Part shown: positions 17,872-28,003 of the stretch, piece after piece | Position numbering within the stretch: position 1 is the stretch's first letter | Layout: every line of letters begins with the position of its first letter | DNA from: Candidatus Hermodarchaeota archaeon | GTDB taxonomy: Archaea > Asgardarchaeota > Heimdallarchaeia > Hodarchaeales > Hodarchaeaceae | Assembly: GCA_048886185.1 (NCBI GenBank) | Contig: JBHLKY010000026.1 | Location: 17,437 to 49,436 of the forward strand | Length of the DNA stretch: 32,000 nucleotides | Direction: 5' to 3' | Translations under genes and position numbers: made by a program | Notes under the pieces: generated by a model | Database searches by the model: none | What the model saw: only the letters and a program-made list of their open reading frames with translations | What the model was told of the DNA's origin: nothing

Positions 17872-20160
17872 TTAAATTATAATTGAGGAATCATTTTTTA
17901 ATTCCTCTCTTAGCAAATCTTCTAAAATCATGATTGCTACATTCTTATCAAGCGGAAAATTATCATTTCCACATTTGGGTGATTGTACACAACTCGGACA
18001 GCCATCCTTGCATTCACAGTCCTTAATGAGATTTAAGACATTTCTCAATAATCTATCACATTTCTCGAAAAGCTGTTCTGAAATCCCAATTCCTCCTGGA
18101 AATCCATCATAAATAAACACCTTAGCTTTTCCATCTTCAGGATAACTGGGATAAGAAGTGCCCCCTATGTCCCATCGGTCACACATTGCATACATCGGGG
18201 ATAATGCTATAGTAGCATGCTCCATGGCGTGTATTCCCCCAGGAAAATCAAGCATATCGTCATGTAAACGATCGACAATGGTTTGAGGGATTTCAATCCA
18301 AAGTGCTTTGGTAATAAATTCCAAGGTGGGTAAATCCAGAGGTAATATTTCTAGAACTTCATCATATGTTTTTTTTCGATATGAATGATATTGTTCAGTG
18401 ACTTTAACTTCTCCAAAGAATAAGGGAAATCCATTATCTTTAATTATTAGTTTTTTTAAAACCGTGACCTCTGAAGTACTCATTGCCTCTGTATAGTAAT
18501 CTACTTCGATCGGGGAAGCATATGCCTTTCTTTTGGAGAGGTTTAAGACCTCTACCAAGTATGTTTCTCCTTGATGGATAAGTATTGCTCCTTCATGGGC
18601 TTCTCGATAAGCCTGTGGGACGCTCAAGGTTTCAAGGAGGATTTTATTAGCTAAAACTTCAATTGTATCTGTAAATGCAGTATTAAGGCTAACAATTGAT
18701 GCAGGTCTTTCAGAGGCGTTACTTGTCAATCCTGCTGGAACTATTTTGACTAATTGGTCTTGTCGTAATTCTTGGGCAATAATTTTTCCTTTATCTCCCC
18801 ATATATTCTGAATTTCTTTAAGAGATAGAGGGATTTCAGCAGCAGCACAAAGAATGTGACCTTTCAGAATGTAAGGATTTTGGAGATCAATAATTGCATT
18901 TTCTGGATTTTTCTCAAGAAAATAATCTGGATGTTTTCCAAGAAATTGTTGGAGTGGGTCTTCAAAAAGCACTAAAGTCGCTAAGGAGGGTCGTAGGGTT
19001 CTCCCAACTCGACCAATTTGTTGCCAAGTAGAAATGATAGTACCAGGGAAGCCTGATAAAATAACTGCATCTAGATTGCCTATATCTATTCCAACCTCTA
19101 GCGCATTCGTAGAAACAACAGCTTGAATCATACGATCACGAAGTTTATCCTCAATTTGACGTCGTTCTACGGGACGATAACCTGCACGGTAAGACATCAC
19201 TTGGGTATGATCTAATTCACTGTATTGAAGATCATTTTTAGTCCACAAGGAAATGAGTTCAGCCATCCGTCGTGATAATGTGAAACAGAGTGTTTGATAA
19301 TTAGCTTTAAGATGCTGAACTAATAAATCCCGAGTTTCTTGATGGGGGGAACGCTTCTTTAGCTTATATCGGTCGATAAAGGGAGGATTCCATAAAACAA
19401 GGTGTTTAGTACCATATTCTGCTCCATCATTTTTAATAATTTCAACAGGTTTTCCAATAAGTTTAGTTATAAATTCCTCTGGATTATTAATTGTTGCAGA
19501 AGAGAGTATATATTGAGGCATGGCTCCATAGTGATTTGTAATACGATTCAATCGTCGAAGTAATTGAGCAACATTAGAACCAAAGACACCTCGATATTGG
19601 TGTGCCTCATCTATAACTATAAATCTCAGATTTCTGAAAAATCGATCCCATTTGTGATGCCAATCAAGGTATTGATGTAACGCATATGGATTTGAAATTA
19701 TTACGTGAGCAAAGTTCCGAATCCCAGGTCTTTGTTCAGAGGGTGTGTCACCATCGTATATGTAGGGGCGTAATTTTCCATTCAAAACTTCATTCAGTTC
19801 CTCAAGTTTCTTTAATTGGTCATTGGCAAGAGCTTTCATCGGATAGAGGAACAATGCGGTCGTTGCTCGCTTTCGTGCGATCATGTTTGCCACGGAGAGG
19901 GAAAAAATTAGGGTTTTCCCCGAAGCAGTTGGCGTTGTTATAACTACGTTCTTTCCTTTTTGAATAGCATTCATAGCGGCAGCTTGATGGCAAAATAATC
20001 TCATCTGACTTTTTTCTAACCATTCGGTTAATTCTGGTTCTAAATCAAAATCTAAAGTTCCATATTCAGCCGATTTGGCTGGAATTGTGGCTTTGAATAC
20101 TATCTGTTGGCGATAGGAGGAATTCGATTCTATATCCCTAAGAAATTGTTCAACCTTCAT
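17872..20160 (-). CDS. DEAH-box helicase with DUF1998/Zn domain (MrfA/SftH/YprA/Hrq1 family)
   Basis: TPTASGKT, IDEAH, SAT, STNALEVGIDIG and QIGRVGR. C-terminal CDRWDIGG, FIYDGFPGGIG and CECKDGCPSCVQSPKCGNDN. Confidence 0.93.
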   Translation of the reverse strand: MKVEQFLRDIESNSSYRQQIVFKATIPAKSAEYGTLDFDLEPELTEWLEKSQMRLFCHQAAAMNAIQKGKNVVITTPTASGKTLIFSLSVANMIARKRATTALFLYPMKALANDQLKKLEELNEVLNGKLRPYIYDGDTPSEQRPGIRNFAHVIISNPYALHQYLDWHHKWDRFFRNLRFIVIDEAHQYRGVFGSNVAQLLRRLNRITNHYGAMPQYILSSATINNPEEFITKLIGKPVEIIKNDGAEYGTKHLVLWNPPFIDRYKLKKRSPHQETRDLLVQHLKANYQTLCFTLSRRMAELISLWTKNDLQYSELDHTQVMSYRAGYRPVERRQIEDKLRDRMIQAVVSTNALEVGIDIGNLDAVILSGFPGTIISTWQQIGRVGRTLRPSLATLVLFEDPLQQFLGKHPDYFLEKNPENAIIDLQNPYILKGHILCAAAEIPLSLKEIQNIWGDKGKIIAQELRQDQLVKIVPAGLTSNASERPASIVSLNTAFTDTIEVLANKILLETLSVPQAYREAHEGAILIHQGETYLVEVLNLSKRKAYASPIEVDYYTEAMSTSEVTVLKKLIIKDNGFPLFFGEVKVTEQYHSYRKKTYDEVLEILPLDLPTLEFITKALWIEIPQTIVDRLHDDMLDFPGGIHAMEHATIALSPMYAMCDRWDIGGTSYPSYPEDGKAKVFIYDGFPGGIGISEQLFEKCDRLLRNVLNLIKDCECKDGCPSCVQSPKCGNDNFPLDKNVAIMILEDLLREELKNDSSIII

Positions 20161-20166
20161 CCTAAC

Positions 20167-22536
20167 TCACAACGAGCTTGTCTCTTCTCCCTTAATAGAG
20201 CGACCATAGTTATCTCGAGTGATATTGATAGAGTGAGGGAATTGGTCTGCAATTTCTTGGAGGTGAGTAATTAATATAATCTTAAACTTGTTTGTTAGTT
20301 GAAAAAGCTTCTTTACAAACGCTTGCTGGGCTTCTAAGGTATCAAGTGATCCTAAATCCCCCTCATCAATGAAAAGGGTTTTCTTAGTTGCACTTGGGAT
20401 TCGCTCTCCTCGACCAAGTTCAGATATCTCCTCACTGATAGCTAAACGTAAAGCTGCGTTAATCTGAGTTCTCTCCCCTCCTGAAAATGTTGCTATATCG
20501 CGTACTCCTTCCGGAACCTTTACTAAAATCTCAAATCCCATCCCTTGTCTTCCTGATTCGACTTTCTGAAGTTGAAGATTAGAGAATCTGTTGTTAGTTA
20601 GTTCAGCTAGAATTAATGAGGCCCGTTTGCCTAATCTTGGCAACACTTTATTAATGGCATAAAATGGTGCCCCCTTAGTATGAAAGACTTCATTTTTTAG
20701 TTTTTCAAGGATCTCTTCCTCTTTGACTAGTGTTTTGACCTCTTCTTGTAATCCAATAATTTCAGGTTTAAGTTGCTTCAATTCCTTGATTTGAACGATT
20801 AAGTTTTTTTTCCGTTCTTCTAATACAGTTATTTCTTTATCGAGGGCTCGTTCTTCCTTCTCCTTAGTCTCTAAATTCTCTATTAAAGTATCAAATTCTT
20901 TCCTAAATGTTGGAAACCCTTTGAGGCTATTTCGAAGATCATCGATCTCTTTTATTACTTCTTTCACCTGATTTTCGATAGTAACCACCTTGGAGGTAGG
21001 ATCAACTTTATTTTCTGTCTTTTCTCTGATAATTTCGTATTTTTCTTTAATTTCTTGGTTGGATTCATGTTCATTCCGAAGAGTAGCTAATCTTTGCTTT
21101 TTCTCTGTTGAGAAATCAAGCTTTTTTAGCTTCTTTCTTTCTGTACACAGTTCTTCATCGTCAGATTTCTTTTCTTGTTTTAGTCGGCTTTCAAGTTCTT
21201 GAACTTCTTCCTCTAGCTCATTAATTCTTTGACTAATTTCTGAAAGGACAAAAGAGTCCTGATTGATATTTTCTTTCTCCTTTTGTAATTCTTTTAGATC
21301 CTCTCTAGCCTTAAGTTGTTCATTACGTAATTCTTGCAAGAGTTTTTCAGAAAGGTTCCATGATTGTTCTAATGAAATTCGTTGAATCCGCTCTAGCAGC
21401 CTCCCTTCTTGATTGAGAATTTTAAATGCAGTTTCATGATCAATAGATGTACTCAAATCTTTAGTTCTCTCTTGTTCTTTCTTGAGTCGCTTCAGTTTCT
21501 GTTTCAGATCCTTTTCTAATGTCTCTTCTTTTTTACGACTTTTCCTTTCCAAAAGGTTTAGATGGTTATTGATAAGCTCATAATCTTCTTCAAGACCCTC
21601 TAGTACTCTAATCTCTTCTTCTAAATTCTTTGCTTTCTTGATTTGGGTATCTAATTCTGACAATTGCTTTTGAAGTTTTTGATAGCTTTCCAACTCTTTA
21701 CTTGCTTCTATGAGATCCTCCTGTTTTGATCTTAAACGAATTTGGGCGTTTTCCTGAGTAGCTTGTATATTCAGATACTTTTCTAATATTGTCTGTTGTT
21801 CTTTTTCTGTTTTTCTTAATTTTTCAATTGCTTCTAACAGAGAATTATGTTTTTGCCTTTTATTAATTATTTGGGGTTTTACCTTAGTTAGTTCTTTTTC
21901 TAGTTGATCTATTTTGGAGATCTCTTCAATTTTAGCCTTTAATTCCCCTTCTTTTTGATTCTTCTTGTTTAGTACTTCCTGTAATCGTATCTGTACATCT
22001 CTAATCGCTTTTTCGAAAATATCTAATCGAAATAGATTTTGAAGAGTTCTCAGTCGTTCTGCTGATGATTTTGAACCAAGTGCCTTCATTTCATCCTGAC
22101 GAATAATGGTGGAATTAACAAATGATTGATAATTCATTCCAAGAATGGTTGATCGAATTTTCTCATTTAACTCTGGTATTTTTCCTGGAACACGGTCTCC
22201 ATCAATGAATAGCTCAAGATAACTTTTTCCTTGCTGATCACGTCCCCGCTTAATTCGCACCACATTCTCTCCTATTCGAAATTGACATAGAACTCTCCCA
22301 TTTTTGTTACAAATATCTTCAATTTTGACTGTTTGTAAATCTAATCGTGAACTTTTCCCAAAGAGAACAAATGTAAGAGCATCAAGAATTGTAGATTTAC
22401 CTGAACCCGTGGGCCCCGCAATAACGATATTAGGTGCTTTGAAATTAAAAGTAACAGGAGTATGGTAATTCATGAATCTATATAAGCCAATTTTTTGAAG
22501 GTCAAATCCTAGTCCTATCCGTGCCGTAGAATTCAT
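20167..22536 (-). CDS. rad50: Rad50/SbcC SMC-family ATPase lacking a CxxC zinc hook
   Basis: GPTGSGKS, Q-loop IRQ, long coiled coil, signature FSGGE, Walker B FIDEG and H-loop ITH. ATGA overlap with mre11. Confidence 0.9.
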   Translation of the reverse strand: MNSTARIGLGFDLQKIGLYRFMNYHTPVTFNFKAPNIVIAGPTGSGKSTILDALTFVLFGKSSRLDLQTVKIEDICNKNGRVLCQFRIGENVVRIKRGRDQQGKSYLELFIDGDRVPGKIPELNEKIRSTILGMNYQSFVNSTIIRQDEMKALGSKSSAERLRTLQNLFRLDIFEKAIRDVQIRLQEVLNKKNQKEGELKAKIEEISKIDQLEKELTKVKPQIINKRQKHNSLLEAIEKLRKTEKEQQTILEKYLNIQATQENAQIRLRSKQEDLIEASKELESYQKLQKQLSELDTQIKKAKNLEEEIRVLEGLEEDYELINNHLNLLERKSRKKEETLEKDLKQKLKRLKKEQERTKDLSTSIDHETAFKILNQEGRLLERIQRISLEQSWNLSEKLLQELRNEQLKAREDLKELQKEKENINQDSFVLSEISQRINELEEEVQELESRLKQEKKSDDEELCTERKKLKKLDFSTEKKQRLATLRNEHESNQEIKEKYEIIREKTENKVDPTSKVVTIENQVKEVIKEIDDLRNSLKGFPTFRKEFDTLIENLETKEKEERALDKEITVLEERKKNLIVQIKELKQLKPEIIGLQEEVKTLVKEEEILEKLKNEVFHTKGAPFYAINKVLPRLGKRASLILAELTNNRFSNLQLQKVESGRQGMGFEILVKVPEGVRDIATFSGGERTQINAALRLAISEEISELGRGERIPSATKKTLFIDEGDLGSLDTLEAQQAFVKKLFQLTNKFKIILITHLQEIADQFPHSINITRDNYGRSIKGEETSSL

Positions 22537-23756
22537 TTAAATTCCTCCACTTGGGATATAGCGGCATCTAGAATTTCTAAACCTTTATCACGAAGTTCTT
22601 TTAGATAAGGATAATCAGAGTATTGTTCAGATACAAATTCAGAAAATAAAACTAGAGGATCTAAAATTAAATCTGGTAATACGATTTCTTTGATTGCTTC
22701 TGAGGTGTGCCAATTAATTTCATAATGAAAAGCTTTTTTATCTAGAACCTGGTGGATTCGGGGAAGAATAATGCGTTTTTGAAGGAAGGATGGGATTTCA
22801 ATTTCAATACGGACAATTGCTTGTTCAATGTTTTGAGGTAAACGCTTCTGAATGAAATCAGTGGGATTTTGAGTCTCTTTTGGGACTTCAATATATTCCC
22901 TGATTAATGTACGAGGATTATTTGAAAAAAAATCTATTTTTTTTGTCTTAGTATCATATACATAAAAACCCTTGTCTTCTTTTACTTCTCCAAAATCTAC
23001 TCGTTCAAGAGATCCTGGAACTAAGAGTTTTCCTCGGATTTGAGCAGTATGAATATGCCCAAAAACGGCCAAATCAACCTGTTCTAGTGGTAACATGTCC
23101 TCCTTAAATTTAAATTCATGTGGTAATTGGTCTGGGTAGGGAATAATACCAATTTTAGATCCTTCGACATAAAAATGACCCACAATGAACTTAACCTTTG
23201 TATCTAGTTGGTCTACTTCATGTTTAATCCAATCACGAAATAGCTGTTGGCTACGAATCATATATTGATTTCTATCAATTTCTTCTCCTACCTGCTCCTC
23301 TGCATACACTACAGCTTGAGTTGCTGTCATATAGGGAAGAAGAACAAATCCAATTTCCTCACCTGTGTTGCGGGCTTTAACCTTTTGGGTTTGAGGCCAT
23401 CGGACAGCATAACTACTTGGAATAATTTCAACTTCACCTATAGGAGATCCTTTCTCAATGATTTGCGGTGAGTCATGATTACCTCCTACTAGTACTATCG
23501 GAATTTTGTGAGCAAGTAGGGGTTGCCAGATTCTTTCCCTAACTTTCTGCAAAAGTGTTTGTCCAATAGTAACGCGATCATAGAGATCTCCACAGATCAC
23601 AAAAATATCGATTTGTTCATCTATCGCATATTTAACAACACGAGCTAATGCCTCAACGAAATCCATTGTACGATCGCTTATACCAGTTCGAAGGTTAACA
23701 CGATATGAATAGCGAATACCAATATGAACATCAGAAACGAATAGAATTTTCGCCAT
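22533..23756 (-). CDS. mre11: Mre11/SbcD DNA repair nuclease
   Basis: Phosphoesterase motifs SDVHIG, GDLYD, GNHD, GHF, GHIH and PGSLER. Confidence 0.93.
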   Translation of the reverse strand: MAKILFVSDVHIGIRYSYRVNLRTGISDRTMDFVEALARVVKYAIDEQIDIFVICGDLYDRVTIGQTLLQKVRERIWQPLLAHKIPIVLVGGNHDSPQIIEKGSPIGEVEIIPSSYAVRWPQTQKVKARNTGEEIGFVLLPYMTATQAVVYAEEQVGEEIDRNQYMIRSQQLFRDWIKHEVDQLDTKVKFIVGHFYVEGSKIGIIPYPDQLPHEFKFKEDMLPLEQVDLAVFGHIHTAQIRGKLLVPGSLERVDFGEVKEDKGFYVYDTKTKKIDFFSNNPRTLIREYIEVPKETQNPTDFIQKRLPQNIEQAIVRIEIEIPSFLQKRIILPRIHQVLDKKAFHYEINWHTSEAIKEIVLPDLILDPLVLFSEFVSEQYSDYPYLKELRDKGLEILDAAISQVEEFK

Positions 23757-23770
23757 CTTGGATCAGTGTG

Positions 23771-25366
23771 CTATTTTGGTTTGAAAAGATCACTTTTTTC
23801 GTCATCAGACAATTCTTGAAACCTCTGTTTTAATCGGGTTCCCACATGAGACACTTTCCATTTAGCAGTCATAGTCTGATCAGTGTATTTTAAGACGTCC
23901 ATAGCCGTGGGTGCTTTAATAGCATCCCCAAACATCAAAACTGTTCTTGGTGGCATTGCTTTAACAATTGCACGCCATGCTGCAGGATCTACTGGCCCTG
24001 AAAGTGCTCCTGTAATATCTTTTGGATCATTTAGTGAAAGAATGAATCGATTTGCTAATTGAGACAATATTTCTGGATCGATTCTTGAGGGACGTTGATC
24101 TACCATTGCTAATACAAGTTTGAATTTTCTCATTTCTCGTGCTAGCCGATCAAAAATCGTTCCTCGTGCAATTGCTGGATCTAAGAATTTATGTGCTTCT
24201 TCGAGTAATACAACCAGGTGGGGGTATTCTGTCATATCAACCATTTCACTATACGCCTGATATAGTCGTCTGGATAGGATATTTGCCACAAACAAATATG
24301 CAAAAAAATCTGCTCCATATTTCCCGAAATCAATGACTATAGATTGACCCGATTTGAGGTAGGTTAAAACTTTATTCAAGGTTCCTTTTCCAGGTGGAAC
24401 AATAAATTCTAGGCGTTCCAAGCGAGAAATTCGTCTACTTAACGCGCTTAAAGTCCCACGCGTTGCTTGGAAGGGATTGGGATCAGCAAGAGCTGCATGT
24501 GAAATCGCTTCAACTAGTGTTTGACCAGGTCTATTTCGATTTATCTCATAAATTGCGTCTATCATTGCAGGACTTAGATCTTGGAATGCTACGACAATAT
24601 CCTGGGGTGTAATCTCATCTTCTCCAATGAGTAACACTTCATCAAGATCCTTACTTGTTTTTGGATCTAATCCTAACAGAGTAATTTTATCTTCAAAAAA
24701 GAATTTGAGACCTGCTGATTGATCAGCTCTACTTCTCCAACCATATTCTGATTGCATATCAAAAACTAAAACTTGGGCAACTTCAAGTTGAATGATATTT
24801 CCCAATATAATTTTATTAAGAAAAGTTTTTCCTGAATGTGTTCTACCAAAAATTCCAAAAGGAACCTGTACCAGTTCTTTAAAATCGATAGGAATTTCAA
24901 ATCCTTCCACACCCCGTAAAGTTCCCACTGTCTGTGAAAATTCGGGAAGATCAGTTTGGTATACTCTATTCACATCTACCTCATTAGCGAAACGGCCAGT
25001 TGAAAAATAAGGAGGTAGTGTTTCAAATGAATAAGTCCTACTTGTTTCTTTATCAATCATCTGGACACATTGCAGTTCTGCAGTACTATAAAACGTTCGT
25101 CCCCGTGCTGTTTCAATAGTAGTCATTGGTATTGTACTTCGCAATTTCTCGGCATTTGCCAACATTGTGACGGCATTACTTGTAGGGAATGAGATATCAG
25201 CTATAATACAAAAAAAATCATACCTATTGCCTTCGACCACTGCTGGATATCCTATTCTGACTTCTTCACTATCAGTTTTCAGTTTCAAATGAATAGCGGA
25301 ACTAACAGCACCTGAGATTACTTCTCCAAGAATTTTATCTTTGTTTTCCAATCTATAACTCTCCAT
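23771..25366 (-). CDS. herA: HerA bipolar helicase/ATPase
   Basis: N-terminal HAS-barrel-like segment, Walker A GRTHSGKT, FDMQSEY, LLEEAHKF, REMRKF and DQRP. Confidence 0.92.
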   Translation of the reverse strand: MESYRLENKDKILGEVISGAVSSAIHLKLKTDSEEVRIGYPAVVEGNRYDFFCIIADISFPTSNAVTMLANAEKLRSTIPMTTIETARGRTFYSTAELQCVQMIDKETSRTYSFETLPPYFSTGRFANEVDVNRVYQTDLPEFSQTVGTLRGVEGFEIPIDFKELVQVPFGIFGRTHSGKTFLNKIILGNIIQLEVAQVLVFDMQSEYGWRSRADQSAGLKFFFEDKITLLGLDPKTSKDLDEVLLIGEDEITPQDIVVAFQDLSPAMIDAIYEINRNRPGQTLVEAISHAALADPNPFQATRGTLSALSRRISRLERLEFIVPPGKGTLNKVLTYLKSGQSIVIDFGKYGADFFAYLFVANILSRRLYQAYSEMVDMTEYPHLVVLLEEAHKFLDPAIARGTIFDRLAREMRKFKLVLAMVDQRPSRIDPEILSQLANRFILSLNDPKDITGALSGPVDPAAWRAIVKAMPPRTVLMFGDAIKAPTAMDVLKYTDQTMTAKWKVSHVGTRLKQRFQELSDDEKSDLFKPK

Positions 25367-25369
25367 ATT

Positions 25370-26410
25370 CTAGCGTGTAATGTCATCTAAGTGACGATGG
25401 AAAGGATCTCTTTCCATTTTTTCATTGATTAAAAGATATTGTAGTAATTCTTCCTCAAATCCGAGAATAGTTGCTGCTTCTATTAATTCATGATTGTACA
25501 TATCTGGAACTCGTCGTAATAAGGCTGCAATATTATGAGCATCAACCAGTGGGAATGGGTAACCTGGGCAACTGTCAACCTTAGAATAATAAGCAAGATG
25601 AGAAAGGATTGTTTTAATTGGCCGATTTTCATGAAGTACAGCATCTACTCGGAAAGTTTTTATTGGATGAGGGTGTAATTTTGCTAGAAAAGTTTTTCCT
25701 AGTGGAGGAAAAACTTGTTTTCCAACTGGAACCTCTTTAATTTCAGTATATAACATACGGGGATCATTTTTAGTTAATTGTTTAACCAAAGCTTCATCAG
25801 TAAGGTTCGAATTCAATCGTTTTGTTGTATTACGTTTTGATACTCCAATTAAGGTATTATTATTTTCAGCACAAACCTCTCTTAAGTTCTTGGCAGCATC
25901 CTCAATTTGTTTTATTTGGACATATGTTAATGCTCCATCCATAACAATAATTGAATCCGAATATTTTTTCGCCCAATCTTCTGCTAATTTATATTCTTCA
26001 AGTTCTCTTAATTGAGAGAGTATTCCTTGAGCAGTTGGACGTCTACCTAAAACTTTTTTTATTTCCTGATGAAAAGCTTTCACTTCTTGGTCATAATTAA
26101 GTATATCTAGATTATTCGGTGCAATTAAGGCTGGAACGTCTTTATGGATTTGATCAACAAGTCTGAGAGTTTTTGACAGAGCTTGATATTCATAAACAAC
26201 TACTACAGCTCTAATGATTGCTATTCTTGCGTTAACATCAGGATTATACCAAATCCAGCGGTTCGAGCCATCGACAGCAAGCATTTTTGGTGGAATGTCT
26301 TGATATGTAAATTCATGGAATGAAAAAGAGGGATTACTTTCTGCGTCTTTTATTGCTTGACTTTGCGTATTCTGGATTTGCTTTAAGAATTGTTGAAACA
26401 GTTCTTTCAC
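25370..26410 (-). CDS. nurA: NurA 5'-3' nuclease
   Basis: GTG start after an AGGAG SD-like motif. Motifs AVDGS, MDGAL, GVSKR and GYPFPLVDAH; stop lies 3 bp before herA. Confidence 0.9.
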   Translation of the reverse strand: MKELFQQFLKQIQNTQSQAIKDAESNPSFSFHEFTYQDIPPKMLAVDGSNRWIWYNPDVNARIAIIRAVVVVYEYQALSKTLRLVDQIHKDVPALIAPNNLDILNYDQEVKAFHQEIKKVLGRRPTAQGILSQLRELEEYKLAEDWAKKYSDSIIVMDGALTYVQIKQIEDAAKNLREVCAENNNTLIGVSKRNTTKRLNSNLTDEALVKQLTKNDPRMLYTEIKEVPVGKQVFPPLGKTFLAKLHPHPIKTFRVDAVLHENRPIKTILSHLAYYSKVDSCPGYPFPLVDAHNIAALLRRVPDMYNHELIEAATILGFEEELLQYLLINEKMERDPFHRHLDDITR

Positions 26411-26752
26411 TAATAATAACTCCTAAACTATCTTAACCCCTGGCTCAAATAAAAAACTATTAGGATGATTCGCTTTTAAGCATATTGAATAATTAACCCT
26501 TTTATTCATTGACATCGCAAGAATCAAAGTTATTCTTTTCTGGTTTTCCGAATGATTAATTTAGAGGATTTTAAAATATATATAATATTTAGGAAGATAA
26601 AGTGATGATACAAACTGGTTAATTCAATATTGTACAATTATTAATGATGATTAGGAGGGTCATTTCACTTTTTAAGAAAGATTATTAATCTTTCAAACGA
26701 ATTTATACCAATAATTTTTATTATTTTATTATGAAGTTCCGAGTGATTTTCG

Positions 26753-27973
26753 ATGACTGAAACCAACCAACGATTACAGCTTGAAAAGAATTTTAAAAAA
26801 GGGAAGATTCCATTTGCTCAAGATGTTAACGAATACAAGAGATTCTCTGAACGAAATACAATTTTTGCTAGAGTGGTTTGGGATGAAACTTTTTCTTCTT
26901 ATAGACGTCCTATTACAGAGCGAGCCTCAAAAAAAGTGAATAAGAAAGGTTACAGTCGAATTGGTTATGCAGCACAAGAAGCCTCTTGGACTGTATATGA
27001 TCACTTTCAAGGAGCCTTTGATTGGAATAGCGTAGGAGGAGTCAGTGACAAAAAAATTCTTCCAACACAGATATCTACCACTCTACCAAAACTGGAATCA
27101 ACTGATATCAAATCAACTACCCAATTGATAAAACGGGTCAGCCAGATTTTTGGTGCCTGTGGAGTAGGAATAACAAAACTTGATCCCGAGCTTCCATTTA
27201 TCTTTACAAATAATAGAAGGAATGAATCAATAGACTTTCCTGAGGAGATGAAATATGCTATCGTTATGCTTATAGAGATGGATTATCATGCCTTGAAAAC
27301 TTCACCTGCGCTTCCATCAAGTATAACAACTGGAAATGGTTATTCTAGGATGGCATTCGCAATTGCATGTATGGCTCAATTTATACGAGAATTAGGGTAT
27401 CATGCGATTCCATCAGGGAATGATACTGGATTATCAGTTCCTTTAGCTGTGAAGGCTGGATTAGGGCAATTTGGACGGAATGGTCTCCTTATAAATCCTA
27501 AATACGGGCAAAGGGTGCGAATCTGTAAGGTTTTTACTGATATGCTCTTAGTTCCTGACAAACCAATAGATTTTGGTGTCACTCAGTTCTGTCGCGTCTG
27601 TAAAAAATGTGCTCAATACTGTCCCTCACAATCGATTCCATATGACACGGATCCTACCTGGGAATCTCCTTGGGACACAATTTCAAATAATAATGGAATT
27701 TATAAATGGTATGTCAATGTTGACTCATGTTATAACTTCTGGGTTAAAAATTCCGCTGATTGTTCAAATTGTATTCGCGTTTGTCCCTTCACAAAACCCC
27801 TAGGAATCGCTCATGATATAGCACGATTTTTTATAAAGCATTTCCAGTTTTTCGACAGAATGTGGGTTTGGATGGATAGTTTTATGGCAATTTTTCCATG
27901 GTGGCGATACGGGAAAAAAGACGATCCCGAAATATTTTGGTTGTCAAAGAAATATCTTGGAAAAAAAATATGA
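26753..27973 (+). CDS. rdhA: Reductive dehalogenase (RdhA)-like cobalamin/2x[4Fe-4S] protein
   Basis: ERNTIFAR, YSRMAF, AGLGQFGRNGLLINPKYGQRVR, FCRVCKKCAQYCP and C...CSNCIRVCPF. No twin-arginine motif. Confidence 0.8.
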   Translation: MTETNQRLQLEKNFKKGKIPFAQDVNEYKRFSERNTIFARVVWDETFSSYRRPITERASKKVNKKGYSRIGYAAQEASWTVYDHFQGAFDWNSVGGVSDKKILPTQISTTLPKLESTDIKSTTQLIKRVSQIFGACGVGITKLDPELPFIFTNNRRNESIDFPEEMKYAIVMLIEMDYHALKTSPALPSSITTGNGYSRMAFAIACMAQFIRELGYHAIPSGNDTGLSVPLAVKAGLGQFGRNGLLINPKYGQRVRICKVFTDMLLVPDKPIDFGVTQFCRVCKKCAQYCPSQSIPYDTDPTWESPWDTISNNNGIYKWYVNVDSCYNFWVKNSADCSNCIRVCPFTKPLGIAHDIARFFIKHFQFFDRMWVWMDSFMAIFPWWRYGKKDDPEIFWLSKKYLGKKI

Positions 27974-28003
27974 TTCAATCTTTTGATCTCTGGACGTGAG
28001 AAA

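Noticed and set aside
26753-27973. Organohalide respiration
   Set aside because: There is no TAT signal or rdhB, so respiratory use is unsupported.
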